NCBI GenBank assembly: GCA_028023455.1
Contig: JAQFVV010000005.1
Span: forward strand, 4,650,001 to 4,714,000
DNA from: Epiperipatus broadwayi
Lineage: Eukaryota > Animalia > Onychophora
DNA: 64,000 nt
Direction of reading: 5' to 3'
How positions within the stretch are numbered: position 1 is the stretch's first letter; each line of letters opens with the position of its first letter. Position numbers and translations under genes: made by a program. This document shows positions 37,712 through 52,640 of the stretch, one piece after another. The notes under the pieces are model-generated. The model was given only the letters and a program-made list of their open reading frames with translations. It was not told the origin of the DNA and ran no database searches.

Positions 37712-40700
37712 TGAAAAATATTTCTGAAATGTATAATTTTGACAATAGTGAAACAAACAATATAAATATTTTAGATCAAAATTTTACTGATAAAAGTGTA
37801 TTCAGTTACAAATTCATTTCAATAATTCCATAAATGTTATTAAAAAAAATTTTAAAGTTGAAAAATAATAAAAGGGGAATGCTACGTATAATATTAACTC
37901 ATTCTTATAACCTCATATCTAAATCAGGAATACAATTATATTATGCAAAAACAAATATTTCATGTTCATATCCACTTTTTAAATAAAAAAATTATGTGTA
38001 ACATAGAAGTAACTTAACAAACAAAACTAAAAAAATAAATTGAAAATTGCTACATCAATTTCGCAAGCAACAATCTTAAAATTTTAGTAAATAATTACAA
38101 AAAAATTCAAATATTTTTTACGTGACTACTAGAAAGAAGAACCATGGTGCATATTGTAACCAACGTTGCTATAATTGACAGCATATTATCCAATCTTGTG
38201 ATTTACCCTTGCAGACAGTTTACCACTTACCATTACATTTAGAGGCATTTCCCTTAAATCCAGAGACTACCTTATTAAAGAATGTTTAGATCAAGATTGT
38301 AAATGTGGATTTAAAAAACTAAATTTTACCAATATTTCATGAAATCAACACAATATATTAATATCAAACAATAGCCATTTCATTGTTGATAGGCAATAAC
38401 AGACAATCATATTATCCTAAATCAAAATCACTCCCTTGGAAATGGCAGAATAGGTAAACCCACAAAATAAAACCACTCCAATACTTCTACTATCCAAAAT
38501 GACAACTCTGCACTGGAATTAGAAGTGAACCATAGCATGGAATATATATCAAATAAATATATCTTTGCATTAGACAAAAGTGACATTTTTTTAAAAAAAA
38601 TGCAAAATATTTTGACAAGAGCTATTAAAAAAAACTGTAATGGAAGCCAGAGAAAAATGGCTATACTAATATCCATTGTTCCTAAAATATTATTGTACAC
38701 CATCAAAATACATTCATCTGTAAAAGAGTACTACACTAAAAAAACACTAACAGAACATTAGCCAAAATAAACTTCAGCCACATCCTGGTGTCTCTGGATG
38801 CAAGTAAAAGAGTATTAAAAAATCTTACAGTAAAATAAAATATTATCATTTCCACATTCAACTCCAAAATATAATAATTTTTTATCCCATGTATTACATT
38901 ACCACTCCAAAAATTATAATCTCAAATATTAAGTAGCTAACCAGAAGTTCAAATGGAGTAGAAAATTTTAGATTCATTTTCTAAACTATAATAATTAAAA
39001 TTGATAAGTTGTTGTGTTTTATTTTTTATTTTATACTTATTGAAATAAGAAGTGAAAAGATAAACACTTCTTTTACTAGTTAATAATATATATATTATAG
39101 TTTATGAAATGCATGTACTTTATACAGATAGCATTCATTGGCTTATATATATTTCCCATCAATGAAATTAAACATAGTATAGGTCAACATAAGGAAAGGG
39201 GCTCACACAGTTTTTAGTCAATATATCCCTCTTCATCAAAACTAAATTATCATCATATTATAAAATTAACTTCCATTGGTGTCTTGACAAATTTGTTTTC
39301 CTCAAACTCAGTCAGATGTAACTGATTGAGAAATGAGCATGCCAATGTATTACAATTTCTCATTCATGTACTTTAAAATTCCTATACTCGGACACAATAT
39401 ATGGACACAGTGTACGAGCCTAACTTTTCTTTCATAGAAATATAAAGACATTATATTTATACAACAAAGCCAAATTATTCATAGACTAATCAGGTAGATA
39501 AATCTTATTATTTCCATGAACAGTCATTCACTCATTTTAATTTCGATTTTAATGTGCCCTACTTAAAATTTGTCAAGCAGTATATTCATCTAACTCACTA
39601 AACTCAGAAGTGTAGAGGACTCTTCTCCATTATTTTTCATTCTATACTAAAAAATGTTTACACTAATTGATCATTTCTAATCATCTATCATCAATCATAT
39701 CTTAGTACTGGTCAATTTTTTGGACCACTTTACATTAGTTGTTAAATCCAAATAAATTTATCAAGTCAACATGTGCCTGCAGTTAATAATACAGATAGCT
39801 TTTAATATTCAGCATTTTTTGAAACAGTCTTATCAGAAATCTACATACACTTAAAAAATTAAACCCAGTGAAGACATGAATTACTTTTGTAAAAATTACA
39901 CTATCAGTTATAAACTTTTATTGTTGAAAAAATAAATTTCCAACTAGTAGATAAATAATTTAGATGCCTTCATCTACAATCAGAAAATATCTCCTTACAA
40001 CAACCTTCATTACATTGATGATAACACTGAAATAAAAATACAAACATATATAACAGATCCTGACTAATTATAAAAATCCAAAATTAATTCATAAGTCACA
40101 CAACTAATCAAAAGAATGCAATACATTTATGAGAAAAGAAGGTCATACTTTTATTTTTTATGTCAGATTCAAAATTTAATAACTGAAGAAAAACACGCTG
40201 TCATGCATATACTATTACTTTCAACTGCAAACTCCAAAGTCATTGGTATATCATTGCCTCTACTTTTAATTTGGACAATTTAATAAAAATCATTAAATTA
40301 CCAAATCACAAATTGCTTTGAAATTAAATACCTACCCAAGACCTATTCAATACCTATATTCTTATTCAACTATTTCAACCACTTTACAATTCCTATGGTC
40401 AAACAAATAACTATCAATCACACAAATCTACAAAACTTCTGAACTGCATCCTATCCTTATGGTTTTCTAAAATTCATCATTATCTCCATGCTGGACACTT
40501 TAAGAGCCATATACATTACTCCATCTACTCCTTATTAAAATAAAGGATCTCTTATTAAAAACAAAATTTAACCTCTCCTACCATCATTATTCCAATTTTC
40601 TAAAAAAAAAACATAATTACTTAGAAACTATTAAACTATTTAAATTAATGATCTATATTAAACATCAAAGAAAAACTGGATCTATTTCAGTGTGATTAAG

Positions 40701-43700
40701 CATAGTAACCATGTCCAATTCTACTCAGAATATATCCTGGCCTTTTTATCTACTGGCAGATATACTTCTAAATAAAAGGTCTCATCACTATAAATGAAAA
40801 AATATTATTTGATTTTCACCCATTTAATTCTGTATCTCAAGATCCCCCCCCCTCCCTGAGTGCTCAAGTCTTCACCAATAACATCAACTGTGCTATTGTA
40901 AATAGTAAAAACCTAGGAAAATGTATGACATTAATCAAATAAATTATCAATCATATACCCTATATGGATAATCTAGTGATATTTTTCATCTTAAAAAAGT
41001 TATTATTATTCTCAATACTATATACTTTATAACTATACTAATAAATTTCCACTTAACTTTAACAATACAAGTCATCTCCCTAGAAGGTATTTATAGGTAA
41101 CCCTATTCCTTCCACATCCATGTTATAAATTCTAGTATTTTTTAATTCTTCTATTTATCAATATATGTCTCTTATAATATTCAAAATAAACCTTCAACTT
41201 CTACAGAGATCTCAACATTGTTCTGTGCAAAGCATATCTTTCAATCTACACAAAGATCTTGTTAATTAATACTTTAATTTTTCCAAAATTTGCCTATTTT
41301 CTACCCATTATTAAATTTATCTCCTTGTTCAAAGAAAAGAGATCAATTACTTTATTACCAACTTAATCTGAAACAAAAAAAAAGAGTGATACTCAGCAAA
41401 AGGGAAATAGAAAAACATCCAAAATTCAATGGCCTTTTGTTACATGGCATCTTCATGTTTTATATTTGAGCACCCACTAACAAAATATCTAATCAATAAC
41501 TTCCTAAAAGTAGATGATTTCATTCCTGTCAATACTACTGACACTCTACCATTAATTAATGATACTTTTGTCAAGGCATTAATTAAACACAACCTTATCT
41601 CAATTTCTTTTTAAATAAGATTAGGTACAGAGACACATTAACTAGAAACAAAAATAATTTATAACATGAAATCTACTTTGTTATTCAGTAATAAATATAT
41701 CATAATAAAAAAAGTTCAGTTATTTATATCTGAAACCCAAGTACTTGGACTTTTTTCCCACCAATTCCTTTTCCCTTACAGAATGTCCTTTATAAATATA
41801 GATCCATTTATATGGCATATGTCATAAAGACATTATTAACATTTCCTATCAGAATTCCCCTTTCTCTAAACATACTCATTTTTATCCCTAATATTATCCA
41901 CATATATAAATATTCACTAACTTTCAATAGTATACACATGAGCCCTTTTCCCTATATAAAAATCATTATTTTCTCTCTTTTTGTAAAGTATCACCTGATT
42001 TTAATTACACCTTATGCAAATGTAAAACATTTAATTAGGTAAAATTAAATATGATCAAACTTACATGTCAGCAGATATTTTCATAGCTATCCAGTTTGTT
42101 ATCACTCACAATATCACTGAGACTTGGCTGCTTTTTTAAAACTGGTTTTTGATGAATAATTGCATGATGGGTAAAGAAACTGGAGCATTTTGAATATATG
42201 ATGCAAAATATCCTTATAGATAGTTCCATTTATTTAAAAAGATTAATTCATCAGCCATAATATCAGTTTTGTTTAAAAAAAATTCAGATAAACTGCAACT
42301 AGAAATCTTAAATTAACAAAACTATTTTTTGATCATTAATATATATGCTGTATAATTAATTTTCTTTACATATGTAATTACCATTTGGGATACTAGAAGG
42401 AACAGGTTTTTTTTCATTAATTTTTGCTCAAAATTTTACACACTGGTATATATTTTTACATTTAAGCTTTTTTTTTTAATATCATGCATTGTAATTTATT
42501 ATAGACTTCTTCATGCACAAAATATAGTTCAGTAAATCATTTTAATAAATAAAAGTTACTTAAAAACTCCTGTCACTGCTGTTGTAAACTTTATAATGTA
42601 TTGCTTTGTGCTTTTAATTAAAAAAATTGCTTTCAAGGAAAAAAATGGCATATAGGCTATTACCATTACCACTGAACTGCTTATCATGCTGCTACGAAAA
42701 AGAATGACATCATAAAAATTTATGAATTTGATTCAAACAAAATGTCAGCATAGCATTCTGGAAATAGCAGTTAGGTAAAATTTGTGAACTAGCATATATG
42801 CTTGATACCTATTTGTTGTCAATATTGAATAGTTAGCTGTAATGGTTATGAGCTGTGCTTTATACTCATGGGTATTATTGACAATACCAGCTGAGGATGC
42901 ATCAATAAAAATTAATATAGTAAAATTCAATGTGAAAATTTAACATAACATGAGTTTATTAACTTGAAGCAAAACAAATAAGTATTATAGAAAGAATTCA
43001 ATACATTGACTAATCTTCTAACAATGAATAAGACAATCTTTATGTACAGACTTATTTTTTTTACGATATGACTTAAGCTTCTTCACAAACATGCTTAGTA
43101 TACACTGTAATTGTGTGTGCTTTCTTTTCTGTTTCTCTATTCACATTCAGAATGGACAGATTTTTACACAGTTTTATACCACTTGTACAATCTGCATAAA
43201 TTAATGTACAATAGGATGATTTAAATGCATACTTTGCCTATGCAAATTTTCTGGAGCATTTGCCTTTTTGGAAGAATTTATTTGTTTCCCATATGATTAT
43301 AATTACAACAAACACATGAACTTTATTTACAAAACCATATATATATACACAGTGATATAGTTAGTCAAAAAGTGTAAGCTGTCTACATAAAACAAATTTC
43401 CAAACTTGTTAATATAACTTTCAAGTATATTTGCTCCAGATTCAAACTTAGGCCTAGCAGGTAGATGTTTTACCATTTGTTACCATGAGCCATTTCACTA
43501 GCAAATATGACTTTTGAAACTACAAGATGCCATAATTATATGTATTTTTTTCATCCATTAACTGTATCCCTTATCTTTCATTGAATTACATCTTCCTTTA
43601 TCCTTACTGTTCTGTTTTATTTGTCTATCTGGCAACACCACATACAAAATAAGTAGTAAAATAAATATGTAATTGTGTGCTTACTTACTCAAAAGGTCCT

Positions 43701-44536
43701 ATAATATTTGAATACCAAGTAGCAGATTGAGCATAATAATTTCATTCAGTTGAATAAACAGATTTTATTTAACTTAGCTCAGAAATAAAGTAGGTTTTGA
43801 TATAAGAGCATGTCATACCAGCATTGTGCTATGCCACACATACTTTAGATAATAACAGTATGAATAATAATTTCAAAAACCATCCCAACAGGAAAATATT
43901 AAACTATTATCATATCATGTATTGCAAGTTTTATGAATAGACAAAATATTATTTATATAATCATTAGAACTTGATGTCAACTTGGTAGCATGTAAATGTG
44001 GAGTAATAAGGTTATTTCATGCTAAAGTTCCAACTGATGAAGTGATTTTTATTTTGAAACATTACAAATGCTAGTTTTTCATCTTTATTCTTTAAATGGA
44101 TTTCAAATAATAATAATAAATGGTGGTTTTAATCATTGATTGTATGCACAGTTTTCCTTTCACATTCATGGATTCACTATCTATGGTTTCATTGGCCCAC
44201 TTGTTTGACAAAAATGTTATACACAAAAAAAGTTAAATTTAACTTTATAATTTTCATGTGCATGCTTGCTTGTGTAAGAACCACCATAAGTCATTTCTAA
44301 GTCATTTATTTCCTTCTCTTGTGAATTCACTGCGCACACATCTACTCTATCAGTTGTTATATGGTAATTTTTTCTCTCAATTTTCTACTGTACTTATTTT
44401 TTCATGACTATATTATTCCATTTTTAAAAATTATTTTTACTCATTAATTAATGTATGTATTTAAAAATTACATTGTTTTATGGATATATTTATATGTTAA
44501 ACATTTGAATTATATAAAGTTTGTTCTTTTCCGTAG

Positions 44537-44964
44537 AATAATTCAAACGGAAGTCAATCTCAATCTCCGATAATTATAAATCTCCACGCACTCTCCCGCC
44601 GGTAAGAGTTTAAAAAACTTAAGTGAATCACTTAAGTTTAGAGCGTACATTGTATATACACCAACTCTTACAGACCATGCTTAAATTAGGGCTTGAGTTT
44701 ATTGTTTGCCTGATGTAATAATCAAATATTCAATTATAAAAATATACTTAACCCAATAGACTTAAGCCCTGATTTAAGCATGGTGTGTAAGAGTTGGTGC
44801 ATTTAGAATGTACGCTCTAAACTTAAGTGATTCACTAAAGTTTTTTAAGCTCTTACCGGCAGGAGAGTGCACGGAGATTTATAATATTTAAGAAATAGCG
44901 CATTATCGGAGATTGACTTCCGTTTGAATAATTTGAAAGTATTCAGCGCTTTATAATAATAGGT
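44537..44964. mobile_element. Fold-back element with long inverted arms and a 31-nt unpaired right tail
   Basis: Arms ~44537-44715 and ~44755-44933. A 13-bp direct repeat ttcttttccgtag occurs at 44524-44536 and 44965-44977. Confidence 0.8.
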
Positions 44965-45634
44965 TTCTTTTCCGTAGGAAAATTTGAAATCAATTATAAT
45001 AGATATGTTTTATTTCTATATTGGGGAACTATAGGAGTGTATATATGCTTGTATACACACATGTATATATTTCAAAAGTAAAAGGATTGCTCTAAAATTT
45101 GAAAGTGACATTATTTCATGACTTTAATAAATGATGGTAAATTTACTATCTACATATCTCTAAATGATATAAAATCATTTTACATAACTAAGCTCTCTTT
45201 AGGTTTCATCTTACGACTGTTAATCAATCACACACACACAATCTACTTACATTAGCTAATTTTAATATTAAAAATAGTTCCAAAATAGAATTTTAAAATA
45301 AATGAAATTGGAATTTATTTAGACAAAGTAGTAAACAAACATCTACATAAGAAAACATGTAACTAATTTGCTCAATTTATTAAGGTATTTCTAATCAGTG
45401 AATCTTTACGAAATTAAAAAATAGAACGTGCCCAGTGACAATTTGATACTTTAAAAAAATGTACTTATTAAAAAAAAATTACACTTTATAAAGTTATATA
45501 TATATGAGATTCGAACTCAGACTTTTATACAACCTCAACTCTCCATGCCATCTCATGTTGCTGACTCACCTGATCACGCACATGTTGAAAAGATAAATAA
45601 TTACTAATATATGTATTTCATGCTAAACCAGCAA

Positions 45635-45820
45635 TCATCAGTTGGTCCAGATTACCATCTTCACACACATATATAATCAGTGCTCAGCTTTATATTAAGA
45701 TAGACAATCTTCATACTTTAATGGACAAGCTTCAAACTACTCCAACCCACAACTCTTCAGCCATCCATTTCATTGAAACCTGTGATGGAACGTTCAAAGC
45801 CCTCATTAGTGCCAAGGTTG
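45635..45820 (+). repeat. Dispersed repeat, inverted partner at ~57620-57810
   Basis: Shared 'tttatattaagata...tttaatggacaagcttcaa...caactcttcag.catc...gatggaa.g.tcaaagccct'. Confidence 0.65.
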
Positions 45821-47074
45821 TCATCCTACCCATGAAGTTACTATAGAATTGATCCTGTGAGCCGTTTTTGTCTTAATTTACAATTTGGAAATTGTTTGTT
45901 ATTATAACGCATATTTTATTTTATTAGCTCTATAAAGAGTGCTAACAATTTTTCTGTTTGTACTTTATTAATCATACTTAATTGTCTTATCTTCATTATA
46001 TTTAACTTTCAGTATAACTTATGAATTTTTAAACATTGAGAATATATTATCAATCTGTCAACAACCGCCCTGCAGTTTAAAATGACAAGCTCAACTAATC
46101 ATTAAAAGTTTTTTTCTATGTGAAATAGCTTTGTTTGCTCCTTCCATTGCGCACTAGTCATTCATTAATAAGCCTACTATGAAAAGCAGTGAGAATAAGC
46201 TCATAGATACACTAGCTAAATTGCCTAAAGGTATAACAATTAATTTCTACATAATACAGTTTTTTTTTCTCTTGCATGAATCTCATCAATTTGTTTTGCA
46301 CATCACTTTGACACAGCTTAATGTTTTATATAAATTTTGTTGTATTTATACAATTACTCATTAAACATCATTCTGGCAACAAATGAAAGGTCTTGTGATA
46401 CAATGATAATGTATTTTATTGCCATGCCTGTAACCCAAGTTCAAATATATATTGAATAAATTAAAAATTTGTTTTAATAGTCTGAAGATCTTTTTATGTA
46501 GTATAGGCTATAACCAAATTCAGATAACTGATCAATAATAGTCAGCAAATTGTTGTCTAGCTATTTTTATTAAAGAATAATGCAAGGATGGAAAAAGACT
46601 CAAATTGCAATTAGCAAGCGGGATAAGTCATGGTCTCTCCCTCACTGTTTTTGTAAGGAAAACTGTTGGAGGGTCCTCTGTTCTGGAATGGGCTATTTAA
46701 AGGCTGTTTAAAAGTGTATGATTGGCATTTTCTTTTCCTAATTATAAGATTTATATATATACTTTCTGTGGCTTATATTTATTTAGAAACTAATTTAAAA
46801 TTACCAAATATTGGAATACATTTTGTCACTATGGCCCACGATTGGTTAAAATTCATCAAAATAAATAAGGTGTATACATTTTTGTTTTTAAATTTGCTAA
46901 ATAATCTTTTTCCTCTATTCTAAAACCATCTACTATAAGCTTGCTAATTGATGGGTATCAAAACTGATGTAGTAATAGTATAATGCTATAATATTTCCAT
47001 TCTCAGATTAATTTCTGTCTTTGTCAGTGATAACCATGATTCAAAGCTAGAACTATGTACTTATGAATTCTAAT

Positions 47075-47111
47075 CTTCACTGATGAAAGCAAGCCAGAAA
47101 CTGGTCTGATG
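47075..47111 (+). repeat. Decayed hammerhead-motif relic
   Basis: CTTCA-CTGATGA-AAGCAAGCC-A-GAAACTGGTC-TGATG. Its 3' flank resembles the 55-kb family. Confidence 0.55.
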
Positions 47112-47863
47112 TTGAGGATATTATGGCATTCCATTATCTGGTGCTCACTGATTACTTAAACTTATCATAGATGGTTCTACAATCGAATAAAAATAACTAC
47201 TACTAAAACCACATGAGCAAACATATGAAAAATATATATTGTTGTTGATATTGGTAATAAATATTGAATTTTTAAAATTATAGAAATCCAGATTAATTTA
47301 TAAAGAAATAATAAAGATTGGGGAAAATCATAGATTTTTTTTTTTTTTTTAAATTATCACTCAATGGTTGCTACATTAAAATATATACATATATCTTTCA
47401 ATTAAATTTAAATAATTCTAAAAAAAAAACTGAAGAAAAAGCAGAGAATAAATGTAAGATTAAAATAAACTATGTATTAGTATAAGTGAAAAGGAATATA
47501 TCTTGCTATTATAAGAAATGAACCTAAAAGTGGATTTTTATAAATCTAATTCTGAAAATTTGCATTGTTTAGCCATTTGTTATTTAGGATTTTGTAAATA
47601 TTTTTAATATAGCATTACTGCTATTAATTTTAAAATTCATCTATAATTGATCCAATATTAATCCATTAAAAACATAACATTTGATCTTTAAGATTAAAAT
47701 ACTTTCAACAATGCAAATAGAATCATTTGTAAGTTTAGTGATGGTGAATGCCTTTAGAAAAATTTAATTTATTTAAATATTCCATTTTAATATTCAATAT
47801 TCAATATTTAATATTAGATTATGGAAATAGTCCAACATATAAATACAAAGAGTATTATTGTTA

Positions 47864-48187
47864 AAACAGGCTCAACTCTCCATACAGTAGTGCCACTCAG
47901 TGCAAGCCAGAATAATCAATGGATGCCAGAAGGTTTGTGCATAAAATCCCTATCTAGTGTCTATTCATCCAATAGCCCCAGATTAGTTTCTAGCTTCTGG
48001 CTTTTGTCAGTGAGCAGCCACAAACTAGAAACTAGCCTGGGAATATTGGCTGAATAGGCATTAGATAGGGGGTTTTATGCACAAGCCTTCTGGCATCCAT
48101 TGATTACTCTGGTTTGCACTGAGTGTATCAAGAGTTTTGCCTGTTTTAACACCAGTTATGAGCAAGCATAAGAAATGGTGATCATGT
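47864..48187 (+). mobile_element. Hammerhead repeat family A fold-back insertion (cores mutated)
   Basis: The inverted arm starts aaacaggc and the direct arm ends gatcatgt. 14-bp TSD gagtattattgtta at 47850-47863 and 48188-48201. Confidence 0.86.
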
Positions 48188-49270
48188 GAGTATTATTGTT
48201 ATTGAAAATATATACTATTATATACTTTTTCTATTTGAAGGCAAGTTGAGTTAATTAAATAAAATTAAAATTAATTTATTAGTAGTACCTCAATTTTAAA
48301 GCTATGTCATAAACTGTAATAAGTTCTACATCATTAAGGAGCATTATTGCTTATATCTTTTACTTGAAGGGATTTTTATATCTTGTACTGTATAGCACTA
48401 TAATTAGTAGTCACAAACTTAAGGTTAAATTCTTGGGTCAAAGGTCACCATATTACTTTGCTATTTGAATGCCATATAAAAATCAAAGAGTCATAACAAT
48501 TTGATTATTAGTCACCTCTCAACAACAAAATTAGTAAAAGAAAGTTCCTCTCAGCAGAACTTAATACATCTAGAGAATCTAAAAAAACCATAAACTAGAT
48601 TACAAAGTATATCATCCTTGGACTCATTCTTAATTAATGTAGTAGATTTAGTTAACAGTATCACTTCTATTTATTGTTAATATTTAGAATCATTCTTTGA
48701 ATGGATGCAAGCTTGTAGTACCTCCATAATCTTCTTAAATGACCAGTAAGAGAGATTCTTATTGACATAATCTTTCTGACTGGTGTAGCATTTAATTCCT
48801 ATTCAATCAACTAGACTAAAAATTTAAATATTTGAAATAGAGCTGAAGATTGCATTAATAAGGAATGAACCAGGAAAATCTTTATAAGTGACAAAATATT
48901 TTTAAAGGCAAGTCTCAAAATCATTCTAGAATGACAGATTACTAAGTAGACATTATTGAATACCTATTTAAAAAACTACCATACATAAGTAGATATTTAA
49001 AAACATTTTTTTAAATTCATTTTTACTCATTATTTCTTACTATGTTGTTCATTTTATAGATTATCATTTATCAAACTTATCTGCCACAAAAAAAAAAAAA
49101 ATCATTCACGAAATAATGCAATCTTCTTTAAACATTTTTCATCTCTTCCTTCTCCCATTTGATCAACTATCAATTTCTTTCTTTTTCTAGCTTTTATTAA
49201 CTCTGTCCAACCCCTTCATGTCTTTTGGAAAATTCTTGCCTCGAACTACAATCCAATTCTTTTTCTTGTT

Positions 49271-49374
49271 TTTTTTTTTTTAAGTGTCATAGCATCGGCC
49301 GGGACGCGAACCCAGAACCCAGGCAACTGCCTGCAAGTGCAAGGCAGTCACGCTGACCTCTTGACCACCAATGC
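49271..49374 (-). mobile_element. tRNA-Gly-derived SINE, complete
   Basis: GCATTGGTGGTCAAGAGG...GGGTTCGCGTCCCGGCCGATGC plus a short tail and poly(A). The ends match tRNA-Gly(GCC) (GCATYGGTGGT...CCCGGCCRATGC). 14-bp TSD ttctttttcttgtt at 49257-49270 and 49375-49388. Confidence 0.85.
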
Positions 49375-50678
49375 TTCTTTTTCTTGTTCATAGTGTTCTC
49401 CATTTTATGCCTTTTTTCACACTCACATCTCTACAAGCTTCATTTTTCCTTCACTTGTTTTCTAATTGTCTACTTTTACATTTCATATAATATTTAAGAA
49501 GTTTTTTTCTTTCAAATTTTTTATAATTTATCTTTCTTAATATACTCTTCATTTTTTTTTATATTTCTTCCTTTTATATACGTATAGTAAGTAATCTAAA
49601 GGATTCAGGCAGAACTGTGGACAGGTTTTTTGGTAAAGCAAATATTTGATATTCCTTTTGTCTCTTTAATAAACAGCAATAAATGATTGTCTTTTAAACA
49701 ATATATGGGTGAATCTTGTAATTTCTCTAATTAAATAGATTCCACATAAATCCCTTCCCTCTTTCAATAGTGGATTCTAAACATTTACTTATCATCATTG
49801 CATGGTAAAAGTTTTATAACTCTAAAAGGTATTTTTTAAAAAGCTTTGATCATCATCAAAATTCATGTGCCATTATTTAATACCGACTCAACAAAAATAT
49901 CTTTTTAAAAAAAAAATACTTCCTTTTTATTTAAGAATACTTCCTTTTTATTTAAGAATATTAATAAAATGATTTAGCTATTCTCTTTTCTAAAAATTCA
50001 ACATTTATCATGTCTTTTAGTTGTAAACAATAAAATATTTTAAACCAACCATTTCAACTTTGTCTAATTTATTTCTCTCCCACTCATCTGTATAATAAAT
50101 TCTATTACTGAGATTTAAAAAAAAAAAAAGTTGTTCAATGCAATGAAATGTAGCGTCAGCCTATCCGAAGTCTTAAAAAGATATTAGTTAAGAAAAAAAG
50201 TGCAATATTATTGCGTATCCCCAACTTTTTATTTCATTCCTCAAAAATTTGTTTCTTTCCCCCCACTATTTATTTCTCCGAGATTTTTTTTAAAACTTAT
50301 TCTAAATATATATTTCTTTCATTATAAAAGTATTCGAATGCATTCTAATAATAAGTATTCTTCATTTGCTATCCTACACTCAGACACAACCCGTCATGTC
50401 TCTTAATTGCTTTTTTCATTTTGTTTTAAAATTTTCTTCCCTTGTCTTAATTAAACAATAATTCATTTTCTCTGCTGGCAGATTTGTACACAGGTGCAGA
50501 AGATATATTTCTCGAGACCGCATATAAGTAAGGTCTATTATAATTTCAATAACACTGATAAATGTAAATCCGACTGATATTTTAAGATAACTAGCTATAG
50601 CCAATGACTATAATTATTTGTTCAAAAGCATGAAGAAAATTCAATAGACGTTTTTATTGAAAAGTTGAATGTATTTCT

Positions 50679-50791
50679 GTCAAGCGTTGTTAACCGAGAG
50701 GTCAGCGCAGCTGCCTTGCAAGCAAGCATTTGGTTGGAGACGGTTGTTGCGGGTTCGCCTCGCGGACGATGCTATGACATATGGAAGAAAA
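50679..50791 (+). mobile_element. tRNA-Gly-derived SINE, subfamily with GTCAA leader
   Basis: ccgagaggtcagcg...gggttcgcctcgcggacgatgctatgac plus an A tail. 19-bp TSD aaaagttgaatgtatttct at 50660-50678 and 50792-50810. Confidence 0.82.
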
Positions 50792-51369
50792 AAAAGTTGA
50801 ATGTATTTCTTCATTATACAAATAAAAAATTTCAATAAAATTTCTTGATTTCGATAAATTGAAAGTGTTAGTTGGATTTCTCAATCAACATATCCACATT
50901 GATGGCCTTAAACTCACAATCTGTTGATTTTCAACTTCAAATTGATGTTGTTTTGATATTGCATTATAATTTTTTCTTTTTACAATTTACTTTTAAACTT
51001 AATATAACATCATTTTCTTTTTTACTTACTTAATGATCTATCTTAATTTTTTAAGCATTGTGTATTTTATGTACTGTTTTATTCCAATTTTGCAAAAATA
51101 CATTGAAAGATATTCATCATCTATTTTTTTTGCACATTTTAATAGCTATCTCAGATAATTTATCTGACACTTTTTTAACATTACCCAATCTAAGATTATT
51201 CTAGAAATCGTCTTTCCCTTCATAAAAAAGTAGATTATTTTTTAGTTTGCTTTTTGAAAATTAAAAAAAATCAAAGATTGGGGTCTTTGTAGTATACAGT
51301 CTAGCTGTTCGGTGGAGCCACATAGAACTTATAATTGAGTCACCTATTTTGTTTTTGTTGTATTTGAGA

Positions 51370-52640
51370 AAAATAAAGAGAGCAATAAAAAGATTAGGAA
51401 GAGGGGGTAGAGTTACCATTAATAAGTGGCAAGAGAGTATATACGTTATCGGGTCTTGCACAGAAAATAAGGAAAATATAGACGTTATTCTGAAGACAAC
51501 AAGGATGGGTAAAGAGATGGGATTAAATTTAGTAAAGAAAAATCAAAAGTAATGATGATTAATACTGGAGAAAGAGAAGAGAAATAATTTTTATTGGGGG
51601 ACATTAAGTTAAGTGTGGTGAATATGTATAGCTATTTGGGAATTGTCTTAAGTAATCATAAAAATTGCTTGGATGAATGGGAGAAAAAATTAATAAATGT
51701 AGCAAAGAAAAGAAAGGGATTGATAAAGAAATTAACAGTGTTTCCATATAATAAATATGATATAGTTAGAATTGTATGGAAGGCAGTGGCAGTATCAGGG
51801 TTAACATGTGGTAATGATACATTATATGTTAGTAAAGGGGTGTTAGATTACTTAGAAAAAGTACAGAGAAAAGTATGAAGGCATGGATTAGATTCAGATG
51901 TGTGAATGGCAAAAGATGCAATTTAAGGAGAAATGGAATGGTCAAGTTTTTATATGAGAGATGCAAAAGGCAAAATGAAATTTAGATTGCAATTTATGGG
52001 TAATAAGAGAATAACCAAAATAGTATTTAATTGAATTAGGAATAAATGACAGGCAACAAGATGGGTGCAAAAGGTAATACAGTATGCAAAAGATTTGGAT
52101 AAAGAATTTATGTCAGTATACTTATACAAAAGATGAAGTGATTGTATTAGGAGAATTGCTGAGTGTTATAGTGGCAAGGAATGGGATAGAAGAATAGATG
52201 TATTAATAAAAAATAGGGATTAGAGAACTAGTATGGAGAGTAAAAAGAGTTTAAAAGTACATAAAAATAAACAGAATATTGGGTGCAACTTAATTTATTT
52301 TAATAGCAATGAAAGTAGTTTACTGTTTAAGGCTTGAACAAGATCATTAGTAACAAGGGACTATACACATAAATGAAGAAATGTCAGTGATTTAGTCTAC
52401 AAGTTATGTAAGGAAGGCACGAAAAATATTAAGCATTTGTTAATTTAATGCAAATGCTTGCACATAGAAAGAATACAAATAACAAAGTTGTGGAAAATAA
52501 TAAGCAAAGTTATTATACAGAAAGTGGATTCTTGGTTTTTATGTTGGGTTTCGGAAAAGATAAGGGGGATTTAAATATAAAGGCCATAAAGCTGACAAAG
52601 ATTATTTTGTGGAAATGGGATGGAGCAGGTTAGAGAAAAA
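51370..52640 (+). pseudogene. Decayed non-LTR retrotransposon 3' part (RT thumb + CCHC knuckle), clade unresolved
   Basis: YSYLGIVL, LDYLEKVQRKV, GEMEWSSF, and a mutated knuckle (KLCKEGTKNIKHLLI*C) near 52400-52455. Many stops; purine-rich plus strand. Confidence 0.7.

Noticed and set aside
38100-42050. Long strand-skewed stretch suggesting a very old LINE
   Set aside because: Only a doubtful KYL-like remnant near 41740 was seen; not enough to assign without a profile search.
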